64,000 bases of DNA from Calditrichaceae bacterium (GCA_050173015.1 JBFXLE010000009.1:64001-128000); one strand, 5' to 3'; shown: positions 42,762-52,700, numbered from the stretch's first letter. The notes: generated by a model from the sequence alone, not told the origin. Translations and numbers: made by a program.

Positions 42762-43663
42762 AAATGGGTATTTACAGATGGTTGTCGAAATATAAATCTA
42801 TCCTTACAGATTTGATGTCTGGTATAGGCCTTTTTTGGCTATTTGTTGAAATAGCAAGTTATTCGACAAATGGACAAATTGACAAATACACGAAAAGCAT
42901 AGCTTTTTTCTTAGTAGGGTTTGTATTAATCATTATTATAGTGCTAATAAAAAATAGGCCTAGAACATCTTTTTCCTATAAATTACGAGATAAAGATAAT
43001 TTCATAGAAGTTAAAGTAGGTGATGCTTTTGATAATAATGGAGCTTTAATAATTCCATTCAATAATTATCTTGATGTATCTCTCGGTGGTAATGTAAAAA
43101 AGGCTAATAGTCTGCAAAACAAACTTATAAAACAATATTATTTTGATAAAGAAGAACATTTAGTTCAAGATATTTTAAAAAAAACAAATCTAACTGCACC
43201 ATTTGATATTGGTACGACTGTAGAAATTGAACAAAAAGGTAAAAGTTTTTTTCTACTAGTTAATTCTCATAAAAAAGAAAATAACCGAGTTGTATCGACA
43301 GTTGATGACTTCTTATTGAGTTTATCGAAGGTTTGGGATTTCATTGCTTTGGAATCCGGAAGAAAAAGTATAGTAACAATTCCAATAATAAGTACAAATC
43401 ACGGCAGAATAACAGACTTAAACAGAATGAATGCGATAAAAGAAATTATTAATAGCTACGTTGAGGCTTCAAAGTTTCTAAATATTGCAGATAAATTGAT
43501 AATCAGCATTTTTCCAGACGATATAAATAAAGGAAATATTAAACTTGATGAAGTAGATGAATATTTAAAGTTTCAGTGTAATCATTATAGAAAAGTTCAT
43601 TTTTCACCTAAACTAGAAGGTAAAGAAGTAAGTCCTTCAGTTACAAAGGGTATTAATAATTAA
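42758..43663 (+). CDS. thsA: Thoeris type II effector ThsA (two TM helices plus Macro domain; cassette 1)
   Basis: Two N-terminal hydrophobic segments, then IEVKVGDAF...LIIPFNNYLD, IGTTV, IPIISTNHGR Macro-like motifs; overlaps thsB by 4 nt. Confidence 0.8.
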   Translation: MKMGIYRWLSKYKSILTDLMSGIGLFWLFVEIASYSTNGQIDKYTKSIAFFLVGFVLIIIIVLIKNRPRTSFSYKLRDKDNFIEVKVGDAFDNNGALIIPFNNYLDVSLGGNVKKANSLQNKLIKQYYFDKEEHLVQDILKKTNLTAPFDIGTTVEIEQKGKSFFLLVNSHKKENNRVVSTVDDFLLSLSKVWDFIALESGRKSIVTIPIISTNHGRITDLNRMNAIKEIINSYVEASKFLNIADKLIISIFPDDINKGNIKLDEVDEYLKFQCNHYRKVHFSPKLEGKEVSPSVTKGINN

Positions 43664-43721
43664 TTACAAGAATAATAGGAAATACAATAGGAAATTTTAA
43701 TTAAGGAAATTAAGAAGCCCA

Positions 43722-43856
43722 GCCCATAACAATGCATATACTTTATGGCGGGTTCCGTTATGAAAATGAGTATTTTAGTTTCAAATATAAATCAGTGTGG
43801 ACAGAAAGATTTGTCTTCCAAAGTCCGCCACAAAGCATATGCTTCCCGTTATGCAC
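43722..43856 (+). repeat. attC-like site 1
   Basis: GCCCATAAC...GTTATGCAC; inner arms GCATATACTTTATGGCGG / CCGCCACAAAGCATATGC. Confidence 0.85.
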
Positions 43857-43879
43857 AAGCTAAAAAAAGAATATAGTTA

Positions 43880-44737
43880 ATGATTATAATAAATGACAAG
43901 TCAATAGAGAAACTCAGAGACCTGATAAATGAAGAAACTGAATATCGGTCAGGTCCGAAACTCATCGAGTTTTTTAAAGACTTGGGCTTCAATGACTCTT
44001 ATGGTCAAGGATTTCCTTCTCGTTGGAAATATACTGATGATCGCCTTCGCAAAATTAACGGTAAACCAGAATTAGATAAGTGCATCAGAAAATTATTCAA
44101 TCCAGTTAATTTCATTGGCAAAACTTCTGAACTTGATAACCACATCAAAAATCTGAATCAATATTTAGCTTTTGATAAATGGCAGGTAGTTCGTAATGGT
44201 ACAGAAATAACTTTCAAAAAGAAAGATAAGGTTGAACTGCATGATGATTATGCAGAACTGAAAGCAGATGAATTTTTAGATAAAGAATTTGATGATATTT
44301 CAATAGATGCTCTAGGTCTTGATTCTATAGTTTCAGAAGTTCTCAAAATTCGTTTTGTAGAAATAAAGAATTGTTTTGCAGCAAAAGCACATTTGTCGGT
44401 CATTTTTCTTTCAGGCAGTAGTCTTGAAGGAATCCTACTAGGAATTGCTTTGAAGTCACCTACGGAATTCAACCAAGCTAAATCTGCACCTAAAGACAAG
44501 GAAGGCAAAGTCAAACAATTTCCTGATTGGACTTTGAGCCAACTAATTGACGTTACGTTTGAAGTTGGTCTCATCAAGGATGATGTGAAAAAATTTAGTC
44601 ATGCTCTTCGAGACTTCAGAAACTACATTCACCCATATCAGCAAGTAAGCTCGGGATTTAATCCTGATCACCATACAGCAAAAATTTGCTTTCAAGTATT
44701 GAAGGCAGGAGTATTTCAACTATCAAAAAACAAATAA
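43880..44737 (+). CDS. Putative AbiJ-like N-terminal domain plus HEPN-like C-terminal domain protein (cassette 2)
   Basis: N-terminal YRSGPKLIEFF...GFPSRWKYT; C-terminal SVIFLSGSSLEGIL...LRDFRNYIHP. Family assignment is from motif memory. Confidence 0.6.
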   Translation: MIIINDKSIEKLRDLINEETEYRSGPKLIEFFKDLGFNDSYGQGFPSRWKYTDDRLRKINGKPELDKCIRKLFNPVNFIGKTSELDNHIKNLNQYLAFDKWQVVRNGTEITFKKKDKVELHDDYAELKADEFLDKEFDDISIDALGLDSIVSEVLKIRFVEIKNCFAAKAHLSVIFLSGSSLEGILLGIALKSPTEFNQAKSAPKDKEGKVKQFPDWTLSQLIDVTFEVGLIKDDVKKFSHALRDFRNYIHPYQQVSSGFNPDHHTAKICFQVLKAGVFQLSKNK

Positions 44738-45076
44738 ATGGATACTACACAATTTAAAAACGGCTATTTCATTGAGAGAGTTTATCAACCAATCTCAGAA
44801 ACTGAATTCAAGTGTCGACTAATAGTTAAATCAAAGGCGAATAATCAAGAAATTACAGGAATAGAGACTAAAATAAATACCGTTGAGATTGGTCAGGGAT
44901 TAGCAGACTCACAATTTAGCGTTAATCCAATAAGTTGGGAGAGATATTTGAACCAGACAATTACAATGTTATTCAACATGTTGATGCTTCGTCTGAATAT
45001 TACCGACTTGCATAATGTTGACGGAGAAGATAAAATTTCTGAATTCTTTGACGAAAATCCGTTTCACCAAAATTAA
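44738..45076 (+). CDS. Hypothetical protein (cassette 2)
   Basis: 112-aa ORF abutting the upstream stop and ending 8 bp before attC-like site 2. Confidence 0.75.
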   Translation: MDTTQFKNGYFIERVYQPISETEFKCRLIVKSKANNQEITGIETKINTVEIGQGLADSQFSVNPISWERYLNQTITMLFNMLMLRLNITDLHNVDGEDKISEFFDENPFHQN

Positions 45077-45084
45077 AAAAGCCA

Positions 45085-45219
45085 GTGCCTAACATCGGCT
45101 ATAGCAAATGCGGGCTAAAGTGCTATAATGAAAGTAATTACACATAATAAACCAACTGCTAGTCGGACAAGTAAGTACCTTGAAACCCCGCACTTTCCAT
45201 AGCCATGACCGTTAGCTGC
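45085..45219 (+). repeat. attC-like site 2
   Basis: GTGCCTAAC...GTTAGCTGC; arms GGCTATAGCAAATGCGGG / CCCGCACTTTCCATAGCC. Confidence 0.85.
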
Positions 45220-45257
45220 AAGGTTAAGAGCGATACTGCAAAATTGAAAATTAAGAA

Positions 45258-46142
45258 ATGATTTTAGACTATTTAAATAAAACATTTAATAACAGAGAAA
45301 TCGTATTGATTTCCTATTTGACAATTTTCATTATATGGACACTTACACAGAAAAATATTAGACAGTCCATAGTGTCTGTGATTAAAGCATTTATGGCATG
45401 GAAGATACTTGTTTCAATATTTGTGTTGTTACTATATATTGCATTGATTGCTTTTGGATTATTTAAAATTGGACTTTGGGATAAATCCATGATTAAAGAT
45501 ACTGTTTATTGGACTTTTGGGGTCGGATTCATTATTATGATGAATTTTGACAAAGCATTGAAGGAAGAACACTATTTTAAGAACCTTGTCAAAGAAAATT
45601 TTAAAGTCCTTATAATCATTGAATTTATAGTTGGAATTTATGTTTTTGGTATCATCACTGAATTTATTTTAATGCCATTTGTGATTCTATTTTCAATGTT
45701 ATTAGGATACACTGAAGTTTATAAAGAGCATGGACAAGTTCGCAAATTTTTAAATGGAATCTTTGGCATCATAGGTACGATTTATTTAATTTATTCCGGT
45801 TATCATATTTACTCTGATTTTACTGGATTTGCAACTCTGGGGAATCTTAAAACATTTTTATTCCCTTTAATAATGTTTGTTCTATTTTTACCATTTGCAT
45901 ATTCCTTTGCACTATTGGCTCATTACGAGAGCTTATTCGTTCGATTAGGTTTTTTCCTTAAAGACAAAAAATTGAGAAGATTCGCTAAGTGGAGAATATT
46001 ATTGTCAGTAAATTTTAGCATTTTAAGATTAAAACGAATAACACCTGGAATGTTATTTAGTGACTGTTCTACTAGAGAAGATATAAAAAATGAGATAAAA
46101 AATAAAATAAACCCAGCAGCTAACACACAATATAGCCAATAA
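45258..46142 (+). CDS. Hypothetical polytopic membrane protein (cassette 3)
   Basis: 294 aa with about seven hydrophobic segments; the stop codon lies inside attC-like site 3. Confidence 0.8.
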   Translation: MILDYLNKTFNNREIVLISYLTIFIIWTLTQKNIRQSIVSVIKAFMAWKILVSIFVLLLYIALIAFGLFKIGLWDKSMIKDTVYWTFGVGFIIMMNFDKALKEEHYFKNLVKENFKVLIIIEFIVGIYVFGIITEFILMPFVILFSMLLGYTEVYKEHGQVRKFLNGIFGIIGTIYLIYSGYHIYSDFTGFATLGNLKTFLFPLIMFVLFLPFAYSFALLAHYESLFVRLGFFLKDKKLRRFAKWRILLSVNFSILRLKRITPGMLFSDCSTREDIKNEIKNKINPAANTQYSQ

Positions 46143-46254
46143 GGGTTTCAGTGGTATGCAAAGGGTTGTAGTGTAGCCCGCTCCAACTTTTCGTGTAACT
46201 TGATAGGAAATCACCCGCAATCCCTTACTGGCCATATTGTCAAGCGTTAGCTCC
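46116..46254 (+). repeat. attC-like site 3
   Basis: GCAGCTAAC...GTTAGCTCC; arms CAATATAGCCAATAAGGG / CCCTTACTGGCCATATTG. Confidence 0.85.
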
Positions 46255-46310
46255 AAGGCTAAAAAATAGAAACAAAAAGAATAAAATATTTGCCAAAAGG
46301 ATGAAAATAG

Positions 46311-46490
46311 AACGCCGCCTATGCGGCGTTATTGTTTTGCGACGCGGTTGCTTGCGCAGGGTACGGATTTAAGATATATTCAGGAGTAGTTATGTCATAT
46401 TAGTCCCGGGACGACTGAACTGCACACGTCTCAAATAAGTCAATTGATTGAATAAGGAATTCTGTTGATGATATTTTTGAAAGGGATTAG
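46311..46490 (+). pseudogene. Tyrosine recombinase C-terminal remnant, copy 2
   Basis: TPPMRRYCFATRLLAQGTDLRYIQE*L...; near-identical to 41863-42042. Confidence 0.85.
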
Positions 46491-46507
46491 TTAATCGTAA
46501 AAAAAAT

Positions 46508-46580
46508 ATATAAACAATTGTTCATATACCGCTGATTTGGGTGGATAAGAACAATAACATATACACGCACGTTAGGTTGC
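46508..46580 (+). repeat. attI-like site, copy 2
   Basis: TATATAAACAATTGTTCATA...GATAAGAACAATAACATATACACGCAC then GTTAGGTTGC (46571). Confidence 0.7.
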
Positions 46581-46595
46581 ATTAAAAAAGAAACC

Positions 46596-47180
46596 ATGAA
46601 ACTATATCACAGATACAACATAAAGAGAAAACAAGAACATTTATTTTTGGAGTTTATCTTGAATAATATTCCAGGAATAAATTATTTAAAAGAGAATTAT
46701 CGTCTTACAGAAAATGAATATGATTCATCAATTGAGATAAAACCCATAATTGATTCATTAAAAAATGACACTTGGTTACCAAAAAAGCGTAAACAAAATT
46801 GCATTGACATTTTACAGGACATTAAACTTAATCATGACAAGGTCGTAGTATTTGAATCGGTTAATAAAATATCATTTGATTTCACTATTAAAATAGATAG
46901 TGACTTGTTTTTCTTTGAATTACACGAAGACCAACACAAGAAGTTAAAAGTAAATAGACAGTCAAAAATATTTGATATCCAAGGAAATGAAATTTTTGTT
47001 CCTCGTTATTTACAAAGATTATTAAAGGATATTTGGCGCTGGGAGAATCTTGACAACTACAAGATAATTTGGGCTGACTGGTTTATTTCATCATCAAATA
47101 AACTTTCTAACTTGTTGGAAAAAGGAAAAATCGAATACGGAATAGATAATACATTTCAATTTAAAAACTTAGGAATATGA
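46596..47180 (+). CDS. Hypothetical protein, possible PD-(D/E)xK/Vsr-like nuclease (cassette 4)
   Basis: SFDFTIK...FFFELHEDQH and a later RLLKD resemble the D...ExDExQH pattern of DUF559/Vsr-like nucleases. Confidence 0.55.
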   Translation: MKLYHRYNIKRKQEHLFLEFILNNIPGINYLKENYRLTENEYDSSIEIKPIIDSLKNDTWLPKKRKQNCIDILQDIKLNHDKVVVFESVNKISFDFTIKIDSDLFFFELHEDQHKKLKVNRQSKIFDIQGNEIFVPRYLQRLLKDIWRWENLDNYKIIWADWFISSSNKLSNLLEKGKIEYGIDNTFQFKNLGI

Positions 47181-47844
47181 ATATTGAAGAATTGGAACAA
47201 AAGATTGCGAAACTTAGAAACGAAATAAAAAAGGATACTCTAGAACTTGAGAATGTTCCCGAAAGATTTATTTCAGTAATCAAAGGAGAACTGAAAACAA
47301 AAGAAGGTAGATTAATTGATTTGGAGTTAAAACTGGATGATTTAATTGAAAATGGAATTACTGATAGGCTGCAAAAGCCAATTGATGAATTACAAGAGAA
47401 AATTAAATCGTTTATTCTTGATTATCAATTTCAATATCCACAGGACAAAGAAATGTTTATCTATCAAATTGCATTTGAAGAAAATGATGATGAACTCTTG
47501 ATAAGCTTAAAACCAAAGGAAAAAACCACAAATCGATTGAACAAATACAACAAGGATTTACTAAAAGTTACAATAGAGAACAAAGTAATACAAGAACCAA
47601 AAGCTACTGACCTTTTATTAAGACTTTAAAGCACTTTTCAATTAAAAAAGTTAAATCACTTGACCTTGTATTCTTAGGAGTTCCCTTAATCGCTGAATAT
47701 AGCCATGACAAATATCAATAGAAACAAATATCAAACAACCTTTTCGTTTTGACTCAGATTTCCAAAGATAAAAAGAAAGAAATTCTTGAATATATTGCAG
47801 AAAAATTCAATCAGAGTATAAAAATCGAATTTGTGAAGAAATAA
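47177..47844 (+). pseudogene. Coiled-coil protein gene disrupted by a frameshift and an internal stop (cassette 4)
   Basis: Track ORF ends at 47629; restoring one base near 47611 continues ...TDTFIKTLKHF...GVPLIAEY...KYQ*(47719)KQI...KIEFVKK* to a TAA at 47842-47844 next to attC-like site 4. Confidence 0.65.
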
Positions 47845-47845
47845 C

Positions 47846-47982
47846 GCAACCTAGCACGCAATAAAAAACATAGGGCAGAAAGTGCAAAAATTGAACGACA
47901 TAACATTTAATAAACGACTTGGTAACTTGACAGGGAAGTGCTTCGAAATGCCAAACGTTTCATATACGTAACCGATAGCGTT
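47846..47982 (+). repeat. attC-like site 4 (degenerate cores)
   Basis: GCAACCTAGC (AAC to AGC) ... GATAGCGTT (GTT to GAT); arms still partly complementary. Confidence 0.75.
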
Positions 47983-48070
47983 CATTGTAAGGAGACAAAA
48001 CAACCGTCAGAATAATTATGGTATTTTTGCTGCATGAAGAAAAAAGAAAATATGGAAATAGCCACCGCAC

Positions 48071-48133
48071 AAATGGCATATTTGGTTTTTGCCGACGCAC
48101 AGCCAAACGCTGAAAAAACCAAAAGAGCCATTT
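48071..48133 (+). repeat. Inner hairpin motif H1 (5' end of cassette 5)
   Basis: AAATGGC-ATA-TTTGGTTTTT ... AAAAACCAAA-AGA-GCCATTT. Confidence 0.75.
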
Positions 48134-48163
48134 CTTGCCATCTCACGACTGAAAGATAATGAT

Positions 48164-51010
48164 ATGACAACATATAAAAATCAAAATCCTGAACAAATAG
48201 CCAGAGACAAAATTGACAAAATGTTAATTGAAGCTGGTTGGATTGTTCAATCTAAAAATGAAGTTGACTTGGGTGCAGGCAGAGGTGTTGCGTTGAGAGA
48301 ATACCAAACGGAAACAAAATTTGCGGATTATGTGCTGTTTGTTGACAAAAACCCTGTTGGAATTATTGAGGCAAAAAAAGAAGACGAAGGACATAAACTA
48401 ACCGTAGCGGAAGACCAAGCCTCTGAATATGCCAAAGCAAAACTAAAATATTTGGATAACGACCCATTGCCTTTTGTTTTTGAGAGTACCGGAACAATAA
48501 CCCGTTTTAGAGATACACGAGACCCAAAACCAAGAGGGCGACATATTTTTTGGTTTTACCGTCCCGAAACATTGGCGGAATGGCTACAAAAAGATAAAAG
48601 TTTAAGAGGTAGATTATTAGATATTCCGCAATTAAATGAGACTGGGCTTCGCCCTGCTCAAATTAAGGCGATTAATAACCTTGAACAATCTTTTAAAAAG
48701 AACAAGCCAAAAGCTTTAATACAAATGGCTACCGGAGCAGGTAAAACTTTTACTGCCTGTACTTTTGTGTATCGCTTATTGGAACACGCCAAAGCCAAAC
48801 GGATTTTATTTTTGGTTGACACCAAAAACTTAGGAGAACAAGCAGAACAGGAGTTTATGGCTTTTCAGCCCAACGACAGCAATCGCAAATTCACAGAATT
48901 GTATAATGTACAGCGTCTTACTTCAAGCTACATAGCAAGCGATAGTCAGGTTTGTATCTCTACCATTCAACGGATGTATGCCATTTTAAAAGGTGAAGAA
49001 CTAGACGAAGGAGCCGAAGATACAAACCCGAACGAATCGACCTGGATGGAACAACAGCGAAATAAAAAACAGGCAATGCCTGTGGAATATTCTGCCAAAG
49101 TACCCATTGAACAATTCGATTTTATTGTAATTGATGAATGCCACCGCTCTATTTACAATCTTTGGAAACAAGTGTTGGATTATTTCGATGCTTTCCTTAT
49201 CGGCTTAACTGCCACACCCGATAAGCGAACTTTTGGCTTTTTTGAGGAAAATGTAGTGAGCGAATATACCTATGAAGAATCTGTGTTGGATGGTGTAAAT
49301 GTTCCTTACGATGTGTACAATATTGAAACTGAAATTTCGCAAAAAGGCAGTGTGATAAAAGCAGGTTGGTTTGTGGACAGACGAGATAAGCTCACCCGAA
49401 AAACGCGTTGGCAACAAGAAGATGAAGACACCGAATATTTGAAAAACGATTTGGATAAAAAGGTCGTTAATCCAAGCCAGATACGGAATATTATTCGCCA
49501 ATACAAAAAAGCATTGGAAACCGAAATTTTCCCGAACAGAAAAGACGAAAATGGAGAATACGAAGTTCCTAAAACACTGGTTTTTGCAAAAACTGACAGC
49601 CACGCGGATGATATAATCAAAATCATTCGTAAAGAATTTGACGAAGGCGATGATTTCTGCAAAAAACTGACTTATAAAATAAAAGAAGACCCAAAATCGG
49701 TGTTAAACCGTTTTCGGAATTCATATCATCCCCGCATTGCGGTTACGGTAGATATGATTGCAACGGGAACCGATGTAAAACCTTTGGAAGTGTTGTTGTT
49801 TATGCGTGATGTTAAAAGCACCAACTACTTTGAACAAATGAAGGGTAGAGGAACACGCACCATTAACAAAGATGCTTTTCAGGCAAACAACACCAATGTA
49901 AAAGGGGCTTGCAAAACCCATTTTATTATTGTGGATGCAGTTGGCGTAACAAAGTCGAAGAAAACCGACAGCCGGCCTTTGGAACGCAAACCAACTGTAG
50001 CCTTAAAAGATTTATTGGGAGCGGTAACAATGGGAGTTACCGAAGAAGATTTGTTTCTTTCGCTTGCAAATCGTTTGATACGATTAGAAAAAGAAATTAC
50101 CGACAAGGAAAAAGATAAATTACTGGAACATTCCAAAGGCAAAAATCTGAAACAAATCAGCAAAGAATTATTATCGGCTTTTGATAAAGATGAAATTGAA
50201 AACAGAGCACAGGAAAAAATTGAAAAATTCTGTAAAGACGCCCTACAGGGCGTCTCTTCTGCTGCCGATTTATCTCCGGCACAAATAGAATCTTTCCGAC
50301 AGGACGCACAGAAAGAATTGATTAATACCGCCGCTTCTACTTTTAACGGAAAGCTGAACGATTATATTGAAAAAGTGCGTATGGAACACGAGCAAATTAT
50401 CGACAGCCACAATATCGACACCGTAACAAAATCGGAATGGGACACCGCTTCGGTGGATAAAGCCAAAGAAACTGTAAAAGATTTTAACGAATACCTCGAA
50501 GCCAATCAGGACGAGATAAAAGCATTGACCATTTTTTACAAACAACCCTACAACCGCCGAAACATTACCTTTAAAATGATTAAAGATGTGTTTGATAAAC
50601 TGAAATTGGATAAACCCACCCTTGCCCCCGATTATGTTTGGGCGGCATACAGCCAATTGGAAGAGGTAAAAAGCAAACAACCGATTGACGAACTCACCGC
50701 GTTAATTTCGTTAATTCGCAGGGCTTGCGGAATTGACAGCGAGTTGAAAGCTTTTGATTCCACCATTGACGAAAATTTCAAAAACTGGATTTTCAAACAA
50801 AACGCAGGCAAGCACAACCGCTTTACAACCGAACAAATGGACTGGCTGCGAGAACTGAAAAATCACGTAGTAAATTCGTATCACATAGAAATTGAAGACC
50901 TCGATTATACACCCTTTGATGAAAAAGGAGGACGTGGCAAAATGTACCAACTCTTTGGTGCCGAAATGAACGATATTATTAATGAACTTAACGAGGTATT
51001 AGCAGCATAA
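48164..51010 (+). CDS. hsdR: Type I restriction enzyme, R subunit (cassette 5)
   Basis: ADYVLF...IIEAKK nuclease motif, MATGAGKT, DECH, TATP, QMKGRGTR. ATG 48164 is preferred because the track start 48089 lies inside hairpin H1. Confidence 0.95.
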   Translation: MTTYKNQNPEQIARDKIDKMLIEAGWIVQSKNEVDLGAGRGVALREYQTETKFADYVLFVDKNPVGIIEAKKEDEGHKLTVAEDQASEYAKAKLKYLDNDPLPFVFESTGTITRFRDTRDPKPRGRHIFWFYRPETLAEWLQKDKSLRGRLLDIPQLNETGLRPAQIKAINNLEQSFKKNKPKALIQMATGAGKTFTACTFVYRLLEHAKAKRILFLVDTKNLGEQAEQEFMAFQPNDSNRKFTELYNVQRLTSSYIASDSQVCISTIQRMYAILKGEELDEGAEDTNPNESTWMEQQRNKKQAMPVEYSAKVPIEQFDFIVIDECHRSIYNLWKQVLDYFDAFLIGLTATPDKRTFGFFEENVVSEYTYEESVLDGVNVPYDVYNIETEISQKGSVIKAGWFVDRRDKLTRKTRWQQEDEDTEYLKNDLDKKVVNPSQIRNIIRQYKKALETEIFPNRKDENGEYEVPKTLVFAKTDSHADDIIKIIRKEFDEGDDFCKKLTYKIKEDPKSVLNRFRNSYHPRIAVTVDMIATGTDVKPLEVLLFMRDVKSTNYFEQMKGRGTRTINKDAFQANNTNVKGACKTHFIIVDAVGVTKSKKTDSRPLERKPTVALKDLLGAVTMGVTEEDLFLSLANRLIRLEKEITDKEKDKLLEHSKGKNLKQISKELLSAFDKDEIENRAQEKIEKFCKDALQGVSSAADLSPAQIESFRQDAQKELINTAASTFNGKLNDYIEKVRMEHEQIIDSHNIDTVTKSEWDTASVDKAKETVKDFNEYLEANQDEIKALTIFYKQPYNRRNITFKMIKDVFDKLKLDKPTLAPDYVWAAYSQLEEVKSKQPIDELTALISLIRRACGIDSELKAFDSTIDENFKNWIFKQNAGKHNRFTTEQMDWLRELKNHVVNSYHIEIEDLDYTPFDEKGGRGKMYQLFGAEMNDIINELNEVLAA
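50232..50259. repeat. Degenerate REP palindrome in frame inside hsdR
   Basis: GTAAAGACGCCC-TACA-GGGCGTCTCTTC, translated as CKDALQGVSS. Confidence 0.7.
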
Positions 51011-52548
51011 TGAGAGAAGATTGGATTGACGTTGAATTAAAAGATGTTTGCCTAAGTTCAAAGGGAAAGAAACCAAGTGTTTTAGAAAAAAATAATTCTG
51101 AAACTGCTAATGTGCCATATATAAATATCAAAGCTTTTGAGAAAGGTATAATAGAAGAATACACTGATGGTGAAAAATGCAATTTATGTGAAGATGGTGA
51201 CTTGTTAATGGTTTGGGATGGTGCAAGGGCTGGGCTTACAGGTAAAGCTAAAAAAGGTGCTGTTGGTTCAACACTAATGAGAATTGAAGAAGTAAAAGGT
51301 ATTGAAAAGGAATATTTATATTATTTTCTTTTATCACTTTTTACAAAGATTAATACAAATCCAAGAGGTGTTGGTATTCCACATGTTGAACCACGAATAC
51401 TATGGTTGTCAAAAGTATTAATTGTTAGCAGTCCCATCCAACGAGCAATAGTATCCAAAATCGAAGCCCTGTTTTCCGATTTGGACAACGGCATCGCCAA
51501 TTTAAAAAAAGCACAGGAGCAATTAAAAATATACCGTCAAGCGGTTTTGAAAAAGGCCTTTGAGGGCGAACTCACAAAAGAATGGCGTGAAAAGATTGTA
51601 CAGACGCCCAATTTGGGCGTATCAACGCCCCTGCCAACAGCCGAAGAACTGCTAAAACAAATAAAAGAAGAACGCCAAAACCACTACAACCAACAAATTG
51701 AAGACTGGAAAAAAGCGGTTAAGGAATGGGAGAAAAATGGGAAAGTTGGGAAGAAGCCAAGTAAGCCTAAGCAGCAAAAAGAATTGCCACCTTTAAATGA
51801 GGAAGAATTGAATGAGCTGCCGAAATTGCCAAAGTCAATGGTATGGACACAACTTGGAAATGTGGTTTGGTCTGTAAAAGATGGACCTCATTTTAGCCCT
51901 AAATATTCAAAAACTGGTATACCCTTTATCTCAGGTGGGAATATTAGACCAGAAAAAATTGACTTTGAAAAAGTAAAATATATTTCAGAAGAGCTTCATA
52001 AGGAACTAAGTCGAAGATGTAAACCACAATTAGATGACATTCTATACACCAAAGGCGGAACAACTGGAATTGCAAAAGTTAATACATATAAATTTGATTT
52101 TAATGTTTGGGTGCATGTAGCAGTATTAAGACCAATCCAAATGATTTTACCATTATATTTACAACATGTTTTAAATTCTTCTCATTGTTATAAACAATCG
52201 CAAGAATATACACATGGGGTTGGTAATCAAGATTTAGGTTTAACAAGAATGATTTTAATCACACTGCCTATTTGTTGTAAAGAAGAACAAACCCAAATCG
52301 TCCAAGAAATAGAAAGCCGTTTATCGGTTTGCGACAAAGTAGAGCAAAGCATAACCGAAAGCCTTGAAAAAGCCGAAGCCCTTCGCCAAAGCATTCTTAA
52401 AAAAGCATTTGAGGGCAAATTATTAAGCGAAGCTGAAATAGAACAATGCAAAAAGGCAGCCGATTACGAACCTGCGGCAAAATTGTTGGAACGAATAAAA
52501 CAGGAAAAAATAAATAAGGATAATAATAAAAAAACAAAATCAAAATAA
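51010..52548 (+). CDS. hsdS: Type I restriction enzyme, S subunit (cassette 5)
   Basis: Two TRDs with repeated conserved blocks Q..IVS.IE...RQAVLKKAFEGEL and EQTQIVQEIE...RQSILKKAFEGKL. Confidence 0.94.
   Translation: MREDWIDVELKDVCLSSKGKKPSVLEKNNSETANVPYINIKAFEKGIIEEYTDGEKCNLCEDGDLLMVWDGARAGLTGKAKKGAVGSTLMRIEEVKGIEKEYLYYFLLSLFTKINTNPRGVGIPHVEPRILWLSKVLIVSSPIQRAIVSKIEALFSDLDNGIANLKKAQEQLKIYRQAVLKKAFEGELTKEWREKIVQTPNLGVSTPLPTAEELLKQIKEERQNHYNQQIEDWKKAVKEWEKNGKVGKKPSKPKQQKELPPLNEEELNELPKLPKSMVWTQLGNVVWSVKDGPHFSPKYSKTGIPFISGGNIRPEKIDFEKVKYISEELHKELSRRCKPQLDDILYTKGGTTGIAKVNTYKFDFNVWVHVAVLRPIQMILPLYLQHVLNSSHCYKQSQEYTHGVGNQDLGLTRMILITLPICCKEEQTQIVQEIESRLSVCDKVEQSITESLEKAEALRQSILKKAFEGKLLSEAEIEQCKKAADYEPAAKLLERIKQEKINKDNNKKTKSK
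51598..51626. repeat. Degenerate REP palindrome in frame inside hsdS
   Basis: GTACAGACGCCCAATTTGGGCGTATCAAC, translated as VQTPNLGVST. Confidence 0.8.
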
Positions 52549-52599
52549 TTGTGAAACGCGTTGGACGTATTTGTCGCATTTGACGCGTTGGACGCATTG

Positions 52600-52628
52600 G
52601 TAGAGACGCCCAATTTGGGCGTCTCTAC
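52600..52628. repeat. GTAG-type REP palindrome upstream of the RAYT
   Basis: GTAGAGACGCCCAA-T-TTGGGCGTCTCTAC, perfect 14-bp arms. Confidence 0.88.
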
Positions 52629-52700
52629 GACGACGATCCCTACGATCCCGATCCCGACGACGACAATATCGTTCACGTTCACAATAACGAAAACAAAAAT

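Noticed and set aside
51010-52548. Invertible hsdS shufflon
   Set aside because: Only one hsdS, no silent TRDs and no inverted repeats flanking TRDs.
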